DNA of 64,000 bases from Chloroflexota bacterium (lineage in GTDB: Bacteria > Chloroflexota > Dehalococcoidia > Lucifugimonadales > Lucifugimonadaceae), in NCBI GenBank assembly GCA_002719295.1, contig PBHC01000005.1, positions 64,001 to 128,000 on the forward strand, in the 5' to 3' direction. Position numbers and translations under genes: made by a program. Shown here one piece after another: positions 20,479 through 30,844 of the stretch. The notes under the pieces were generated by a model, which saw nothing but the letters and a program-made list of their open reading frames with translations, was not told the DNA's origin and made no database searches. The number at the start of each line of letters is the position of its first letter. The stretch's first letter is position 1.

Positions 20479-21705
20479 ATGAATCTATTCAAAATACCTA
20501 GGCAGATAACATATACGATTATCCCGTTGAGTTTGATTATTATGGGAGATAGTATTCTATATGTAATATTACCTACAAACTATGAATTTTTTGAAATTAA
20601 TTCATATTTAAGTTTGCCTTATGAATTTTGGATAGGTTTTATTCTTTCTATTAATAGGTTTATTCGTTTTTTTTCAAATATTTTTTCTGTAAAAATATTT
20701 AAGTTTTTTGGATTTAGAAACACTATATATATAGCATGTTTTTTAGGTGCAGGTTCAACATTATTTTATGCATTATTTAAAGGTGTACTTCTATTAATAC
20801 TTGCTAGAATAATTTGGGGATTTTCATATTCTTTGTTTAGGCTTGGCTATCAATTAAAAGTATTTAGTTTTTCTGTAAATAATTATGGAAAATATCTAGG
20901 TTACTGTTTAGGAATACAAAGAACGGGTAGCTTTTTGGTAGTAACTTTGGGTGTATTGATTTCAATAAAATTTGGAATTTATTTAACTTTAATTCTTTTA
21001 TCATTATTGATAATTCCTGCATTAATAATTTCTTATTTTATTAAAAATCTAGAAATGTCAAAATATACTCCCGGTAAAATAAATTGGAACTTAATTTATA
21101 ATGACCAAAAAAATAATATTAGAAATAAAATAATAACTATTTCTTTTTTTAAATTTACTTCTTCTTTTACATCAAACGGCTTAGCAATAGCTACAATCAC
21201 TCCTTTTTTATTATCAATAAATAAAGATCTATATAATGTTGAAACTATAATAGCAATTGCAGGATTCGTTGTTGGATTTAGATGGATAGCTGATATATTC
21301 TTTGGGATTATTTTTGGAACGATTTCAGATAAATTTGGTAGAAAAATAAATATTTTATTTAGCTCGTCGCTCATGATAATTTGCATTTTGTTTTCTATAA
21401 GTGGAATAAGTTTTTATTTAAGTATAATTTCTTTAGTTCTAATGTTTTTCTTTAGCGTTTCTTTAGAAACTTCATTAGATGCTTTATTGGGAGAAATATC
21501 ACCAGAGAATCAAAAATCTTCCATAATTTCTAGGTACTCTACGTGGCAGGACTTAGGTGCAGCATTGGGGCCTATGATTGGTTTTATTATTGCTAGTGGT
21601 CTTGGGATTTCTTTTGGATACTATTTGTCTATTTTTATGTTCTTTTTATGCATAATCCCTTTTCTAAGGTTATTTACCAATCAAGAAAAACAAAATTATC
21701 CTTAG
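20479..21705 (+). CDS. MFS transporter
   Basis: About 12 TM; GTISDKFGRK; DLGAALGP. Confidence 0.88.
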   Translation: MNLFKIPRQITYTIIPLSLIIMGDSILYVILPTNYEFFEINSYLSLPYEFWIGFILSINRFIRFFSNIFSVKIFKFFGFRNTIYIACFLGAGSTLFYALFKGVLLLILARIIWGFSYSLFRLGYQLKVFSFSVNNYGKYLGYCLGIQRTGSFLVVTLGVLISIKFGIYLTLILLSLLIIPALIISYFIKNLEMSKYTPGKINWNLIYNDQKNNIRNKIITISFFKFTSSFTSNGLAIATITPFLLSINKDLYNVETIIAIAGFVVGFRWIADIFFGIIFGTISDKFGRKINILFSSSLMIICILFSISGISFYLSIISLVLMFFFSVSLETSLDALLGEISPENQKSSIISRYSTWQDLGAALGPMIGFIIASGLGISFGYYLSIFMFFLCIIPFLRLFTNQEKQNYP

Positions 21706-22690
21706 AATTTAATATAATCTCTTGAGAAGAACCATTTGGCTTCATCTGATAAATATCAGAATTATTATATGCATTAGAGGTAAATAAAATACTTTTATAT
21801 CTTTCTGACCAAACTATATTGCTTTCGTCTACTTTATTATTAGTGAGTCTTTCTATCTTTTTTGATTTTATATCCATCATGTATATTTCTTTGTCATTTG
21901 GAAGGTTATTTATATATAAAATCTTATTTCCGCCAAATGCCCATGTGTATTCACTGATATTTACTTTTTGATTTTCATGAATATTCTCGCCAAAATAATC
22001 GTTTTTATCAATTTCTTTTCCAGTTTTCTTAACAACCTGATCAATGTCTTTATAAATCCAAATTGATTGAAGATCCTTATCGACCCGGCTAAAAACTAAG
22101 TATTCTCCATTTGGACTCCATTTTGGATTATTTCCTTTAGTAATAAAAATTTCATTAACACCCTTTGGATTTGATAAATAAATTGAATCTTCTGTATTGA
22201 AAACTATCCATTTACTATCTGGTGACCATGATCCTAATTTTGCTTCTTTATCAGGTCTAGTTATTGGAAGAAAACTTTTTAAACTTAAAGAATATAAAAA
22301 TATATTAGCTTCATTATCAATGGGTTTAAATTCAATTGCAATTTCTTTTGAATTTGGCGCCCATTCAAATCTATTAATATCTCTATTTTTATGATTTGCT
22401 ATCTCTAGTTCTGTTCCTTGATCATTTGATATCCATAATGTTTTTTGGTTATTTCGTTCTTTTATAAAAGCGAAGTTCTCTTTGTTAGGTGACCATTGTG
22501 GATTTATAGATTTTGATTCTAAATCAGTTATAAACTTGAATGATGGATTTGAAGTTGTGTTAATAAGTACAATTCTTGAGTAATCTCCAATTTTTTGTTC
22601 TGCCAAAATAGCTTGATTTGAGTTAAAAGAACACCCTGAAAACAGAAAAACTGTAAGGCATAATATTTTTATTATTATTGTTTTATTCAC
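21674..22690 (-). CDS. TolB-like (PD40-repeat) beta-propeller lipoprotein
   Basis: Lipobox FSGC; repeats PQWSPN, EWAPN, SWSPDS, PKWSPNG. Confidence 0.85.
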   Translation of the reverse strand: MNKTIIIKILCLTVFLFSGCSFNSNQAILAEQKIGDYSRIVLINTTSNPSFKFITDLESKSINPQWSPNKENFAFIKERNNQKTLWISNDQGTELEIANHKNRDINRFEWAPNSKEIAIEFKPIDNEANIFLYSLSLKSFLPITRPDKEAKLGSWSPDSKWIVFNTEDSIYLSNPKGVNEIFITKGNNPKWSPNGEYLVFSRVDKDLQSIWIYKDIDQVVKKTGKEIDKNDYFGENIHENQKVNISEYTWAFGGNKILYINNLPNDKEIYMMDIKSKKIERLTNNKVDESNIVWSERYKSILFTSNAYNNSDIYQMKPNGSSQEIILNSKDNFVFLDW

Positions 22691-22796
22691 TATAAATTTA
22701 TTTAGTGGTTTTTTTTTATTAGTTTAATGATTATAATCAAAATCAAATTTCTAGGCATTTATAGAATTTTACAGAAATATATCTTAGGAGGTATTA

Positions 22797-23972
22797 ATGA
22801 AGTTTTCTTTTTTTTCAATGCCCTTACATTTGCCTAATGAAAACCCTGCACTAGCTTTTAAAAGAGATTTGGAATTAATAAAAAAAGCTGAAGATCTTGG
22901 ATTTGATGGTTTTTTTGTAGGAGAGCATCATACTGCTGCCTGGGAAAATATTCCTTCTCCCGAGTTGTTTTTATCAAAAGCATCTGCTTATACAAAAAAT
23001 ATTCAGTTAGGTTCTTCTTTAGTCAGCTTGCCCTTTCACCACCCTTTTAATGTGGCAGAAAGATTTGCATTTCTTGATCATTTGACTGAAGGAAGAGCTG
23101 TTTTAGGAGTTGGTCCTTGTAGTTTGCCCCCTGATGTCAAACTATACAATGTCCCTGCTCAAGAATTAAACCCTATGATGAGAGAATCTTTACAAATTAT
23201 TGATTTACTCTTAACTTCAGATGATCCAATTAGTTATTCAGGAAAATACTGGGATATAAAAGATATGTTTATACAATTAAAATCATTTCAACAACCTAGA
23301 ATCCCTTACGCAACAGCTTCAGTAGGATCTGAAAGATCATTAGAATTTGCTTCAATGTATAATATGCATCTTTGGTCATTGGCTTTAGAAAATACACCTC
23401 CTAATGGAATTCATTGGTCTAAACAATGGCAAAAAACAGAAGAAATTTCAAAAAAACTAGGAACGAACCCCTCAAAAGATGATTGGAGAGTCGTGACTTA
23501 TGTACATCTAGCCGAAACAAGTAAGCAAGCTTGGGACGAAGTAGAGAAAGCGATTGAAAGAGATATCCACGAATATTTTTATGTTATTGGTGGCCATGAA
23601 GGATGGTTATTAGATAAAGAACAAGATCCTTACTCATTAACTGCTAAAGAAATTGTCGAATCAAGAAACTGGATTATAGGTACACCTGATGAGGCTATAA
23701 AGAAAATTAATCAAATGAATGAGAAAGCAGAAGGATTAGGAGGTTTGATGTTTACTACACATGAATGGACTAATCAAAATTCTATAAATAATTCATTAGA
23801 ACTTTTTGCAAGATACGTTATGCCGGAATTTAAGGGACATACAAAATCTATCAAAAAAGCATGGGATCTGACAAAGGAAGACAGAAAAAATAACAAGATT
23901 CCTTCTTTATCTTCTAAAGATAAACCTCCAGATATAGATGATCATAAATCTAATCTATTTATAAACAGATAA
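22797..23972 (+). CDS. LLM-class (luciferase-like) flavin-dependent monooxygenase
   Basis: AEDLGFD..FVGEHH, LPFHHP..VAER...LDHLTEGR, IGTPD, ELFARYVMP. Confidence 0.93.
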   Translation: MKFSFFSMPLHLPNENPALAFKRDLELIKKAEDLGFDGFFVGEHHTAAWENIPSPELFLSKASAYTKNIQLGSSLVSLPFHHPFNVAERFAFLDHLTEGRAVLGVGPCSLPPDVKLYNVPAQELNPMMRESLQIIDLLLTSDDPISYSGKYWDIKDMFIQLKSFQQPRIPYATASVGSERSLEFASMYNMHLWSLALENTPPNGIHWSKQWQKTEEISKKLGTNPSKDDWRVVTYVHLAETSKQAWDEVEKAIERDIHEYFYVIGGHEGWLLDKEQDPYSLTAKEIVESRNWIIGTPDEAIKKINQMNEKAEGLGGLMFTTHEWTNQNSINNSLELFARYVMPEFKGHTKSIKKAWDLTKEDRKNNKIPSLSSKDKPPDIDDHKSNLFINR

Positions 23973-23984
23973 TATAGGAGCCTT

Positions 23985-25355
23985 ATGAAAAATACAGATT
24001 TAATAACACTTATTGATGAAATAGATCAGAATTCTGATGAACTTGTTAATTTACATCAAAGTTTAGTAAAAATTGAGTCAGTAAATACAGGGTATATGCC
24101 TACTGGAAACGAGACCAAAGTAACTGAATTTTGCGCCAATTGGTTAGGTAAATATGGAATAGAATCTAGCCAACTATCTAGAGTTAAAGAGAGGGGAAAT
24201 ATTATTGCCAAATATCCATTATCTGGTGATAGGAAAAAACTTTTGTTGATGTCTCATACAGATGTAGTCCCTGTTGAAAATTATGACAAATGGGAATTTG
24301 AACCTTTTAGTGCTGAATTAAAGAATGGAAAAATTTTAGGAAGAGGATCTTCAGATTGTAAGGGTTTATTAGCTTCTCAAATGATGGCAATGGCTATATT
24401 GGCTAAAAATGAGATTGAATTTCAAGATAATTTTACATTAATCTCAGGTGCAGATGAGGAACATGGTGGAAGATATGGATTTGGCTGGTTGCTTGAAAAT
24501 CACCCTGATGAGTTAAGATTTGAGTATGCAATTAATGAAGGAGGAGGGTCTCCTGTTACTATTGGGAATAATTTATATTATCTTTTAGGAACAGGAGAAA
24601 AAGGTAGGCTTGAAATTAATATAAAAATTAAAGGAGAAAGTGCTCATGCATCAGTTCCATGGTTAGGGGAAAATGCTATGGGATCAACATCAAAAGCGAT
24701 AGACAAAATATTAAATTATATTCCAGATTTAGATTGTTCAACTGATATATTTAACTACTTAGGTTTGTTTGGAATAGAAACTAAACCTTCAATAAAAAAT
24801 TTGGATTTAATAATTAACGAAGCTTATGAAAAAAACTCTAATCTTGGAACTCTTTTAAAAGCTTTATCTAGAATGACTATTACTCCTACAATTATTAAAG
24901 GCGGTATAAAATCTAATTCGGTTCCAGAATTTATTGAGTTAGTGCTTGATGTAAGAACATTGCCAAATCAAAATGACAAAGAAGTTGAAATTCAATTGAA
25001 TAAAATATTCGAAGGGATTCCAAATCTTACTTATGATATTGATTATATGGCAAAGCCAAATTCCTCACCTTTTAATACAGAGCTGCTCAATGCTATAAAA
25101 AAATCACAAGCATTGAGTGTAGGTAGAGACGATATTCAATGGATTCCTTCTGTTTCAACTGGTTTTACGGATTCTAGATTTACAAGAGAATTGAATGTGA
25201 TTACCTATGGATTTAGAGGAACTCATCCAGATGATAATCCTGATTCAGAGAATGTTCATGGAACTAATGAGAACTATGGTATTAAATCATTAATTAGCTC
25301 ATCAAAAACAATGCTTGGAACTATATGGGAGATGTGTAAGCCTGTTACCCAGTAA
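23985..25355 (+). CDS. M20/M25/M40 metallo-hydrolase (ArgE/DapE-like)
   Basis: [33 protein letters not shown]. Confidence 0.92.
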   Translation: MKNTDLITLIDEIDQNSDELVNLHQSLVKIESVNTGYMPTGNETKVTEFCANWLGKYGIESSQLSRVKERGNIIAKYPLSGDRKKLLLMSHTDVVPVENYDKWEFEPFSAELKNGKILGRGSSDCKGLLASQMMAMAILAKNEIEFQDNFTLISGADEEHGGRYGFGWLLENHPDELRFEYAINEGGGSPVTIGNNLYYLLGTGEKGRLEINIKIKGESAHASVPWLGENAMGSTSKAIDKILNYIPDLDCSTDIFNYLGLFGIETKPSIKNLDLIINEAYEKNSNLGTLLKALSRMTITPTIIKGGIKSNSVPEFIELVLDVRTLPNQNDKEVEIQLNKIFEGIPNLTYDIDYMAKPNSSPFNTELLNAIKKSQALSVGRDDIQWIPSVSTGFTDSRFTRELNVITYGFRGTHPDDNPDSENVHGTNENYGIKSLISSSKTMLGTIWEMCKPVTQ

Positions 25356-27042
25356 CTGCTCCTTCTGAGGCAGGTTGAACAAGTTTTATATATTTTCCTA
25401 AAGTCCCTTTCTCATATAGTGGCTTTCTTGGCTTCCAACTTTTTAATCTTTCAGTTATTTTTTCAGAAGGGATCATTAAATTTAGTTCAAATTTATCTAA
25501 GTTTATTTCTATTGTATCTCCATCTTCTACAGCTGCAATTGGACCTCCTACAGCAGCTTCTGGGCCTAAATGTCCAATTATTGCTCCTGTAGAACCTCCA
25601 GAAAATCTACCGTCAGTAATTAAGTAAACACTTTCACTTAGACCTTGTCCAACTAAAGCTCCAGTTATAGATAACATTTCTCTCATTCCAGGTCCTCCTT
25701 TTGGACCTTCATACCTGATTATTACTACATCTCCTGCTTTAATTTCTCTTTTTCTCAAAGCTTCCATTGCTTGTTCTTCTTGATCAAAAACTTTAGCAGG
25801 ACCTGTAAATTTTTTACCAAAATCGTGACCTGCAACTTTTAAAACACAGCCATCAGGTGCTAAGTTTCCAAATAAAGTTACTAATCCACCTGTTTTAGAA
25901 ATAGGATTATCAATAAGTCTAACGATTTTATTTTCATTAGGATTTATATCTATATCTTTTAAATTTTCTTCTATTGTTTTACCCGTTACGGTCATTTGAT
26001 CTCCATGAAGTAATCCACCTACTAAAAGTCTTTTCATTACAAGTTGAACACCTCCAACTTTATCTAGATCAAACATAACATATTTTCCTCCTGGCTTCAT
26101 ATCTGCAAGTAGTGGAGTCCTCATCGATATATCATGTATTTCTTTCAATGTAAGTTTTATACCCATTTCATTAGCAATTGCTGGAAGATGCAAAGCTGTG
26201 TTAGTAGATCCTCCCATGGCAACAACAAGAGTGACAGCATTTTCAAAAGCCTTTTTTGTTAATATGTCAGAAGGCCTAATGTTTTCTCTAACAAGATTCA
26301 TTACAGCAGCTCCTGCTACTTTTGAAGAGTCTTTTTTTCTCTGGTCTACGGCAGCTTCTGACGCTGATCCAGGGATACTCAATCCTAGAGCTTCTCCAAT
26401 ACTAGACATTGTATTTGCTGTGAACATACCACCACAAGATCCTGGCCCAGGACATGCATGAGTTTCAATTGCTTTTAATTGTTCATCATCTATTTCTCCT
26501 GCTTGTCTTTTTCCTACTGCTTCAAAAGCACTTATAATAGTAAGATCTTCACCATTAAGATGCCCTGGCAAAATTGATCCACCATATACAAACACGCTAG
26601 GTATATTTAATCGAGCCATAGCCATCATGGCTCCAGGTAATGATTTGTCACATCCAGCTATTGCTACCAGTCCGTCATATCTTTCTGCAAAACATACAGT
26701 CTCTATAGAATCAGCAATAATTTCTCTAGATACTAATGATCCCTTCATACCTTCTGTACCCATTGAAATTGCATCTGATACAGTTATAGTCCCAAATTCA
26801 AATGGTGTTCCTTTTGAAGATCTGATTCCTGCTTTTACTTCATCAGCAAGAGGTTTTATTCCTGAATTACATGGGGTAACTTCATTATGAGTAGAAGCTA
26901 CTCCAATAAAAGGAGCATTTATATCGTCATCATTCAACCCCATTGCTCTCATCATTGATCTATGAGGGGCTCTTGCAACTCCTTCTGTAGTTTCCCAACT
27001 TCTCCATTTTCCTTTTTGTCTTTCTTCTTTTTTTCTCTTCAT
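25345..27042 (-). CDS. ilvD: Dihydroxy-acid dehydratase
   Basis: [47 protein letters not shown]. Confidence 0.97.
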   Translation of the reverse strand: MKRKKEERQKGKWRSWETTEGVARAPHRSMMRAMGLNDDDINAPFIGVASTHNEVTPCNSGIKPLADEVKAGIRSSKGTPFEFGTITVSDAISMGTEGMKGSLVSREIIADSIETVCFAERYDGLVAIAGCDKSLPGAMMAMARLNIPSVFVYGGSILPGHLNGEDLTIISAFEAVGKRQAGEIDDEQLKAIETHACPGPGSCGGMFTANTMSSIGEALGLSIPGSASEAAVDQRKKDSSKVAGAAVMNLVRENIRPSDILTKKAFENAVTLVVAMGGSTNTALHLPAIANEMGIKLTLKEIHDISMRTPLLADMKPGGKYVMFDLDKVGGVQLVMKRLLVGGLLHGDQMTVTGKTIEENLKDIDINPNENKIVRLIDNPISKTGGLVTLFGNLAPDGCVLKVAGHDFGKKFTGPAKVFDQEEQAMEALRKREIKAGDVVIIRYEGPKGGPGMREMLSITGALVGQGLSESVYLITDGRFSGGSTGAIIGHLGPEAAVGGPIAAVEDGDTIEINLDKFELNLMIPSEKITERLKSWKPRKPLYEKGTLGKYIKLVQPASEGAVTG

Positions 27043-27160
27043 TTAATCCTCAACAATTTGTACAGATTTAATTAATCTTTTTATAACTATTTAGTATATA
27101 ACGGTATAGTATTTATAAGAGTATACTATTTCAAGAAATTATAAAATTATGAGGTTTTTT

Positions 27161-29668
27161 ATGACAGAAAAATTAGAAAATTTTAGATTACCAAAATATG
27201 CATCTCCAACAAAATATAATATTGAACTATCACCAGATTTACAAGAAAAGAAATTTTTAGGCAATGTTGATTTGTCTATAAATATTTTGGAAAAAACAAA
27301 TGAAATTTCATTAAATGTTGCTGAGTTGCAAATTAGTTCTATAAATATAAATTCAGATCAAAATAAAAATTTGAAGGTTATAAATTGGGATATAGATGAC
27401 AAATATGAAATCATGAAAATAAATTTTTCAGATATTTTAGACCCAGGAGAAATCAATTTATCTATTTCATACACAGGAATATTAAATGACAAATTAAGAG
27501 GTTTTTATCACTCTACATTTGATGATTCTGATGGAATAACACAATCAATTGCAACTACTCAATTTGAGTCTACGGATGCTCGGAGGGCCTTTCCATGTTT
27601 TGATGAGCCTGAGTATAAATCTGTTTTTTCAGTTTCATTGATTGTAAATAAAGATCTATTTTGTGTTTCAAATGCATCGATTAAGAATGTTGATGAAAAT
27701 TATACAAATGAATTAAAAAAGATTGATTTTGAAAATACTATTCCAATGTCCACTTACTTAGTTGCTTTTATTGTCGGTCCTTTTGAAGCTTCTAAGGCTA
27801 TTAATGTTGCAGGAACAGATTTGAGAATTATATATCCAAAAGGAAAAGGTCACCTTTGTGATTTTGCCCTTGAATTGGGAAAATATTCTTTAGATTATTT
27901 TTCTGATTACTATAAAATTCCATATCCTGGAGATAAGTTAGACATGATAGCTATACCAGATTTTGCTTTTGGAGCAATGGAAAATCTTGGATGTATTACT
28001 TATAGAGAAGCTTTATTGTTAGTAGATGATAAAGAAGCAACTTCCAACGAATTAATTAGAATTGCTGATGTTATCGCTCATGAAATTGCTCATATGTGGT
28101 TTGGAGATCTTGTTACTATGAAATGGTGGAATGGAATTTGGCTTAATGAGGCATTTGCTACTTTTATGGCAACAAAGGCAGTTGCAGATTATAAAGAGGA
28201 ATGGAATAGATGGGCTCAATTTTCTCTAGAAAAATCTATGGCAATGGATATAGATTCTTTGAACACTACAAGGCCTATAGAATACCCGGTTATTTCTCCT
28301 TCTGATGCTGATGGAATGTTTGATTTGATTACCTATGAAAAAGGAGGTTCTATACTTAGAATGCTTGAACAATTTTTAGGTGAAGAAATTTTTAGAGATG
28401 GTGTATCTTTATACCTTAGTAAACATTCGTACGGTAACACAGAAACAGATGATTTATGGGATTCATTAGAAAAAGTGTCTAATCAACCAGTAAAAGAAGT
28501 AATGGACTCTTGGATTTTTCAAGCAGGTCATCCGATGATTACATATTCTTATAAAGATGGAAATCTAGTTGTTTCTCAAAAAACTTTTAGATACTTGAAA
28601 ACTTCTGATAAGACCAAATGGGGAGTTCCTTTGTTTATAAAATATTCTTCTGGTAGTCAAAATAAAGAAATGAAATTTCTATTAACTACTCTAGATCAAG
28701 ACATTGATTTAGGAAAAAATGTAGACAATGTTTTTCTTAATTCTAATGCTTTTGGTTTTTACAGAACTGATACTAAAGATTTAGACCTTTTATTTAATAT
28801 TAATGAGTTGTCGTCTGAAGAAAAATATTCAATTTTGGATGATTATTGGGCATTATTATTAAATGGTTCTAAAAAAGTTGATGACTTCTTAGGTTTTTCA
28901 GAACAATTTTCTGATGAATATGACCCTGATATTTTAACATTACTTTACTCATGTTTTAGTAACTTAAACAGAAATTTATCTGATAAAACGTATTTGCAAA
29001 CTGTTGTAGAAAAAGTTTTTAGTAAAACATTAAAAATCCTGGATAATAAAGTCCAAAGATCTATTAGAGAAGCTCAAGCGCTTTCTGTCTGTTTTAGGGC
29101 AATGGCTACAATCAGCAATGACTCTGATATTATTAGCAAATCTAAAAATATTCTAAAAGATTACTTAAGTGGTAAATCAGAATATGAACCGGATATTATA
29201 TCCACTGTAATATCTATTAATGCTTATAATGGTGATTCAAGTTTGTTTCAAGATTATGTGAATTACATGAATAATGCAAAAACACCGCAAGATGAAGTAA
29301 GATTCCAAAGATCTTTATCTTTATTTAAGGGAGATAAGGAGATAGAAAAATTATTTAATCTTATTTTAGAAAATAAGATAAGATCACAAGATTCACCTTA
29401 TCTTTTAGCTTCTACTCTAAATAATGAAGCAGTTGGATGGAAAACTTGGAAATTTATAGAAAAAAATTGGGAAGACTTAACAAAGAGATTCCCAGAAAAC
29501 TCTATAGTAAGAATGTTGTCAGGAATAAGATCTCTTAATAAAAGGGATTACTTAAACCACCTTAAAGCTTTTTTTGATGAAGGAGATAAAATAAAACAAG
29601 GTAGACTTCAACTAGATCAACATCTTGAGAAATTGGAGATAAATGTAAACTTTAGAGAAAGTTTATAA
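27161..29668 (+). CDS. M1 family aminopeptidase (puromycin-sensitive/ERAP-like C-terminus)
   Basis: GAMEN, HEIAH(x18)E, YEKG. ATG 27161 follows SD GAGG; alternative 27149. Confidence 0.95.
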   Translation: MTEKLENFRLPKYASPTKYNIELSPDLQEKKFLGNVDLSINILEKTNEISLNVAELQISSININSDQNKNLKVINWDIDDKYEIMKINFSDILDPGEINLSISYTGILNDKLRGFYHSTFDDSDGITQSIATTQFESTDARRAFPCFDEPEYKSVFSVSLIVNKDLFCVSNASIKNVDENYTNELKKIDFENTIPMSTYLVAFIVGPFEASKAINVAGTDLRIIYPKGKGHLCDFALELGKYSLDYFSDYYKIPYPGDKLDMIAIPDFAFGAMENLGCITYREALLLVDDKEATSNELIRIADVIAHEIAHMWFGDLVTMKWWNGIWLNEAFATFMATKAVADYKEEWNRWAQFSLEKSMAMDIDSLNTTRPIEYPVISPSDADGMFDLITYEKGGSILRMLEQFLGEEIFRDGVSLYLSKHSYGNTETDDLWDSLEKVSNQPVKEVMDSWIFQAGHPMITYSYKDGNLVVSQKTFRYLKTSDKTKWGVPLFIKYSSGSQNKEMKFLLTTLDQDIDLGKNVDNVFLNSNAFGFYRTDTKDLDLLFNINELSSEEKYSILDDYWALLLNGSKKVDDFLGFSEQFSDEYDPDILTLLYSCFSNLNRNLSDKTYLQTVVEKVFSKTLKILDNKVQRSIREAQALSVCFRAMATISNDSDIISKSKNILKDYLSGKSEYEPDIISTVISINAYNGDSSLFQDYVNYMNNAKTPQDEVRFQRSLSLFKGDKEIEKLFNLILENKIRSQDSPYLLASTLNNEAVGWKTWKFIEKNWEDLTKRFPENSIVRMLSGIRSLNKRDYLNHLKAFFDEGDKIKQGRLQLDQHLEKLEINVNFRESL

Positions 29669-29675
29669 TATTTAA

Positions 29676-30527
29676 TTAGTTATCCTCTAAGTCTTTAAGA
29701 AAATTTTCAATTTCAGGAGGCAGATCAATTTCTTCTTTTTCAGAAGCTTCTATCTCAAATTGTTTTATCATTTCATTAACTTGATTGTTATTTTGTAGAT
29801 TTTTGTGTATTTCAATATATTGATTTTCACCTTTTTTTCTTTCGGGAAAATCTTTTGAGAATTTATATATATGAGATAAGCTTTCTAACAATCTAGATGT
29901 AGCTAGAAAATCATCTTCTAGTTTTACATAAAGAGGGATATGTACCATTAGGGATAATGTTTCTAAAGAGAGATCATTGTGTAAAATTTGTGATAACTGT
30001 GAAGTCATACTTGTTGGTCCTGTATAATTTGATTTGTTTTTTAATGTTTCATTTAATGGTTCAGGTGGAATCCATCCTTTATAGCTTCCAGTGACGGGTA
30101 AAGGTTTAGTATGAGGTACAGAATCAAACATTCCTCCTATAGAAATATATCTTTTACCTTGAAGATTTTTAATTAAATCAACAATAGCTAAATTAAATTC
30201 CTCTGCAAAATTATGAGGTTCCAAAAGATATAGTAAAAAAATATTTTGATCAGATTGATTTTTACTTCCGAAAATAACAGTATTAGGAATTCTGATTTTT
30301 CTTTCACCATTTTCATTTAATAGTTCAGGTCTATAACGAGTCATATCATAATATTTACTAGGGTTCTTAAGCTTTCCAATTTCTTCAAGATTAAAAATTT
30401 TTACTAATCTGCTAATTGTATGGTGACCAACATTCCCAACATTTATCCAAGGCCTAAGAATACTTATAAAATGACTATTTTTATAGTTTGATATAGGTAT
30501 ATTTAGTTCAAATTCTTTAATATTCAA
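29676..30527 (-). CDS. PAC2 (proteasome assembly chaperone-like) family protein
   Basis: PWINVGNVG, YYDMTRYRP, LEPH, DSVPHTKP, YTGPTS, HIPLY, EIENFL. Confidence 0.8.
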   Translation of the reverse strand: MNIKEFELNIPISNYKNSHFISILRPWINVGNVGHHTISRLVKIFNLEEIGKLKNPSKYYDMTRYRPELLNENGERKIRIPNTVIFGSKNQSDQNIFLLYLLEPHNFAEEFNLAIVDLIKNLQGKRYISIGGMFDSVPHTKPLPVTGSYKGWIPPEPLNETLKNKSNYTGPTSMTSQLSQILHNDLSLETLSLMVHIPLYVKLEDDFLATSRLLESLSHIYKFSKDFPERKKGENQYIEIHKNLQNNNQVNEMIKQFEIEASEKEEIDLPPEIENFLKDLEDN

Positions 30528-30614
30528 TTTATTTTATTTAATTCTTTTTTTAAAAATTTTACATATTTATATAATAAAAATAAATGTATCAAAAATAAAA
30601 AATAAAAAAAGTTA

Positions 30615-30643
30615 TTGAAATAATTTTTTGATATCACTATTAT
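30615..30643 (+). promoter_or_regulatory. Sigma70-type promoter TTGAAA-N17-TATTAT
   Basis: Each box is 5/6 consensus with 17-nt spacing; predicted start about 30650. Confidence 0.6.
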
Positions 30644-30703
30644 TTAATTGTAATGCTTATGCATTATTTAAATTTAAACAAGTATGAAAGGAGGATATTT
30701 TAA

Positions 30704-30739
30704 TTGGAAACGAATAATAAGCGAGGTGCTCTTAACTGA
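30704..30739 (+). CDS. Putative 11-aa micro-peptide METNNKRGALN
   Basis: TTG start 9 nt after AAAGGAGG (30687-30694); TGA stop at 30737-30739. Confidence 0.35.
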   Translation: METNNKRGALN

Positions 30740-30766
30740 AGGCGCCAAGAGGGTTAAGATACCTCC

Positions 30767-30823
30767 ACTAAGAGTGAAATTATCCGGTAAGGTTTCTCCT
30801 TACCCGATAATTTCACTCTTAGT
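30767..30823. repeat. Long inverted repeat (18 bp + C/C mismatch + 7 bp, 5-nt loop)
   Basis: ACTAAGAGTGAAATTATC-C-GGTAAGG tttct CCTTACC-C-GATAATTTCACTCTTAGT. Confidence 0.95.
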
Positions 30824-30844
30824 ATTTAAAAAGAGATAAAAAAA

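Larger units (their letters stand above)
30650..30827 (+). ncRNA. Candidate structured small RNA / micro-ORF leader, family not recognised
   Basis: 5' hairpin TAATGC-TTAT-GCATTA, SD AAAGGAGG, 11-codon ORF, hairpin 30723-30765 and long hairpin 30767-30823; GC visibly higher than the flanks. Confidence 0.55.

Noticed and set aside
21674..22690. Calling this gene tolB (Tol-Pal system)
   Set aside because: Only the propeller repeats are present; no TolB N-terminal domain is evident and no tolQRA/pal genes are nearby.
30721..30760. TPP, glycine, lysine or ykkC-type riboswitch upstream of the NUDIX gene
   Set aside because: Fragments such as GAGGTGC, CTGA and GAAGGCGC resemble these families, but the required partner motifs (CTGAGA/ACCTGA, CTCTCAGG, GGGTTCCG/AAAAGCCC) are absent.
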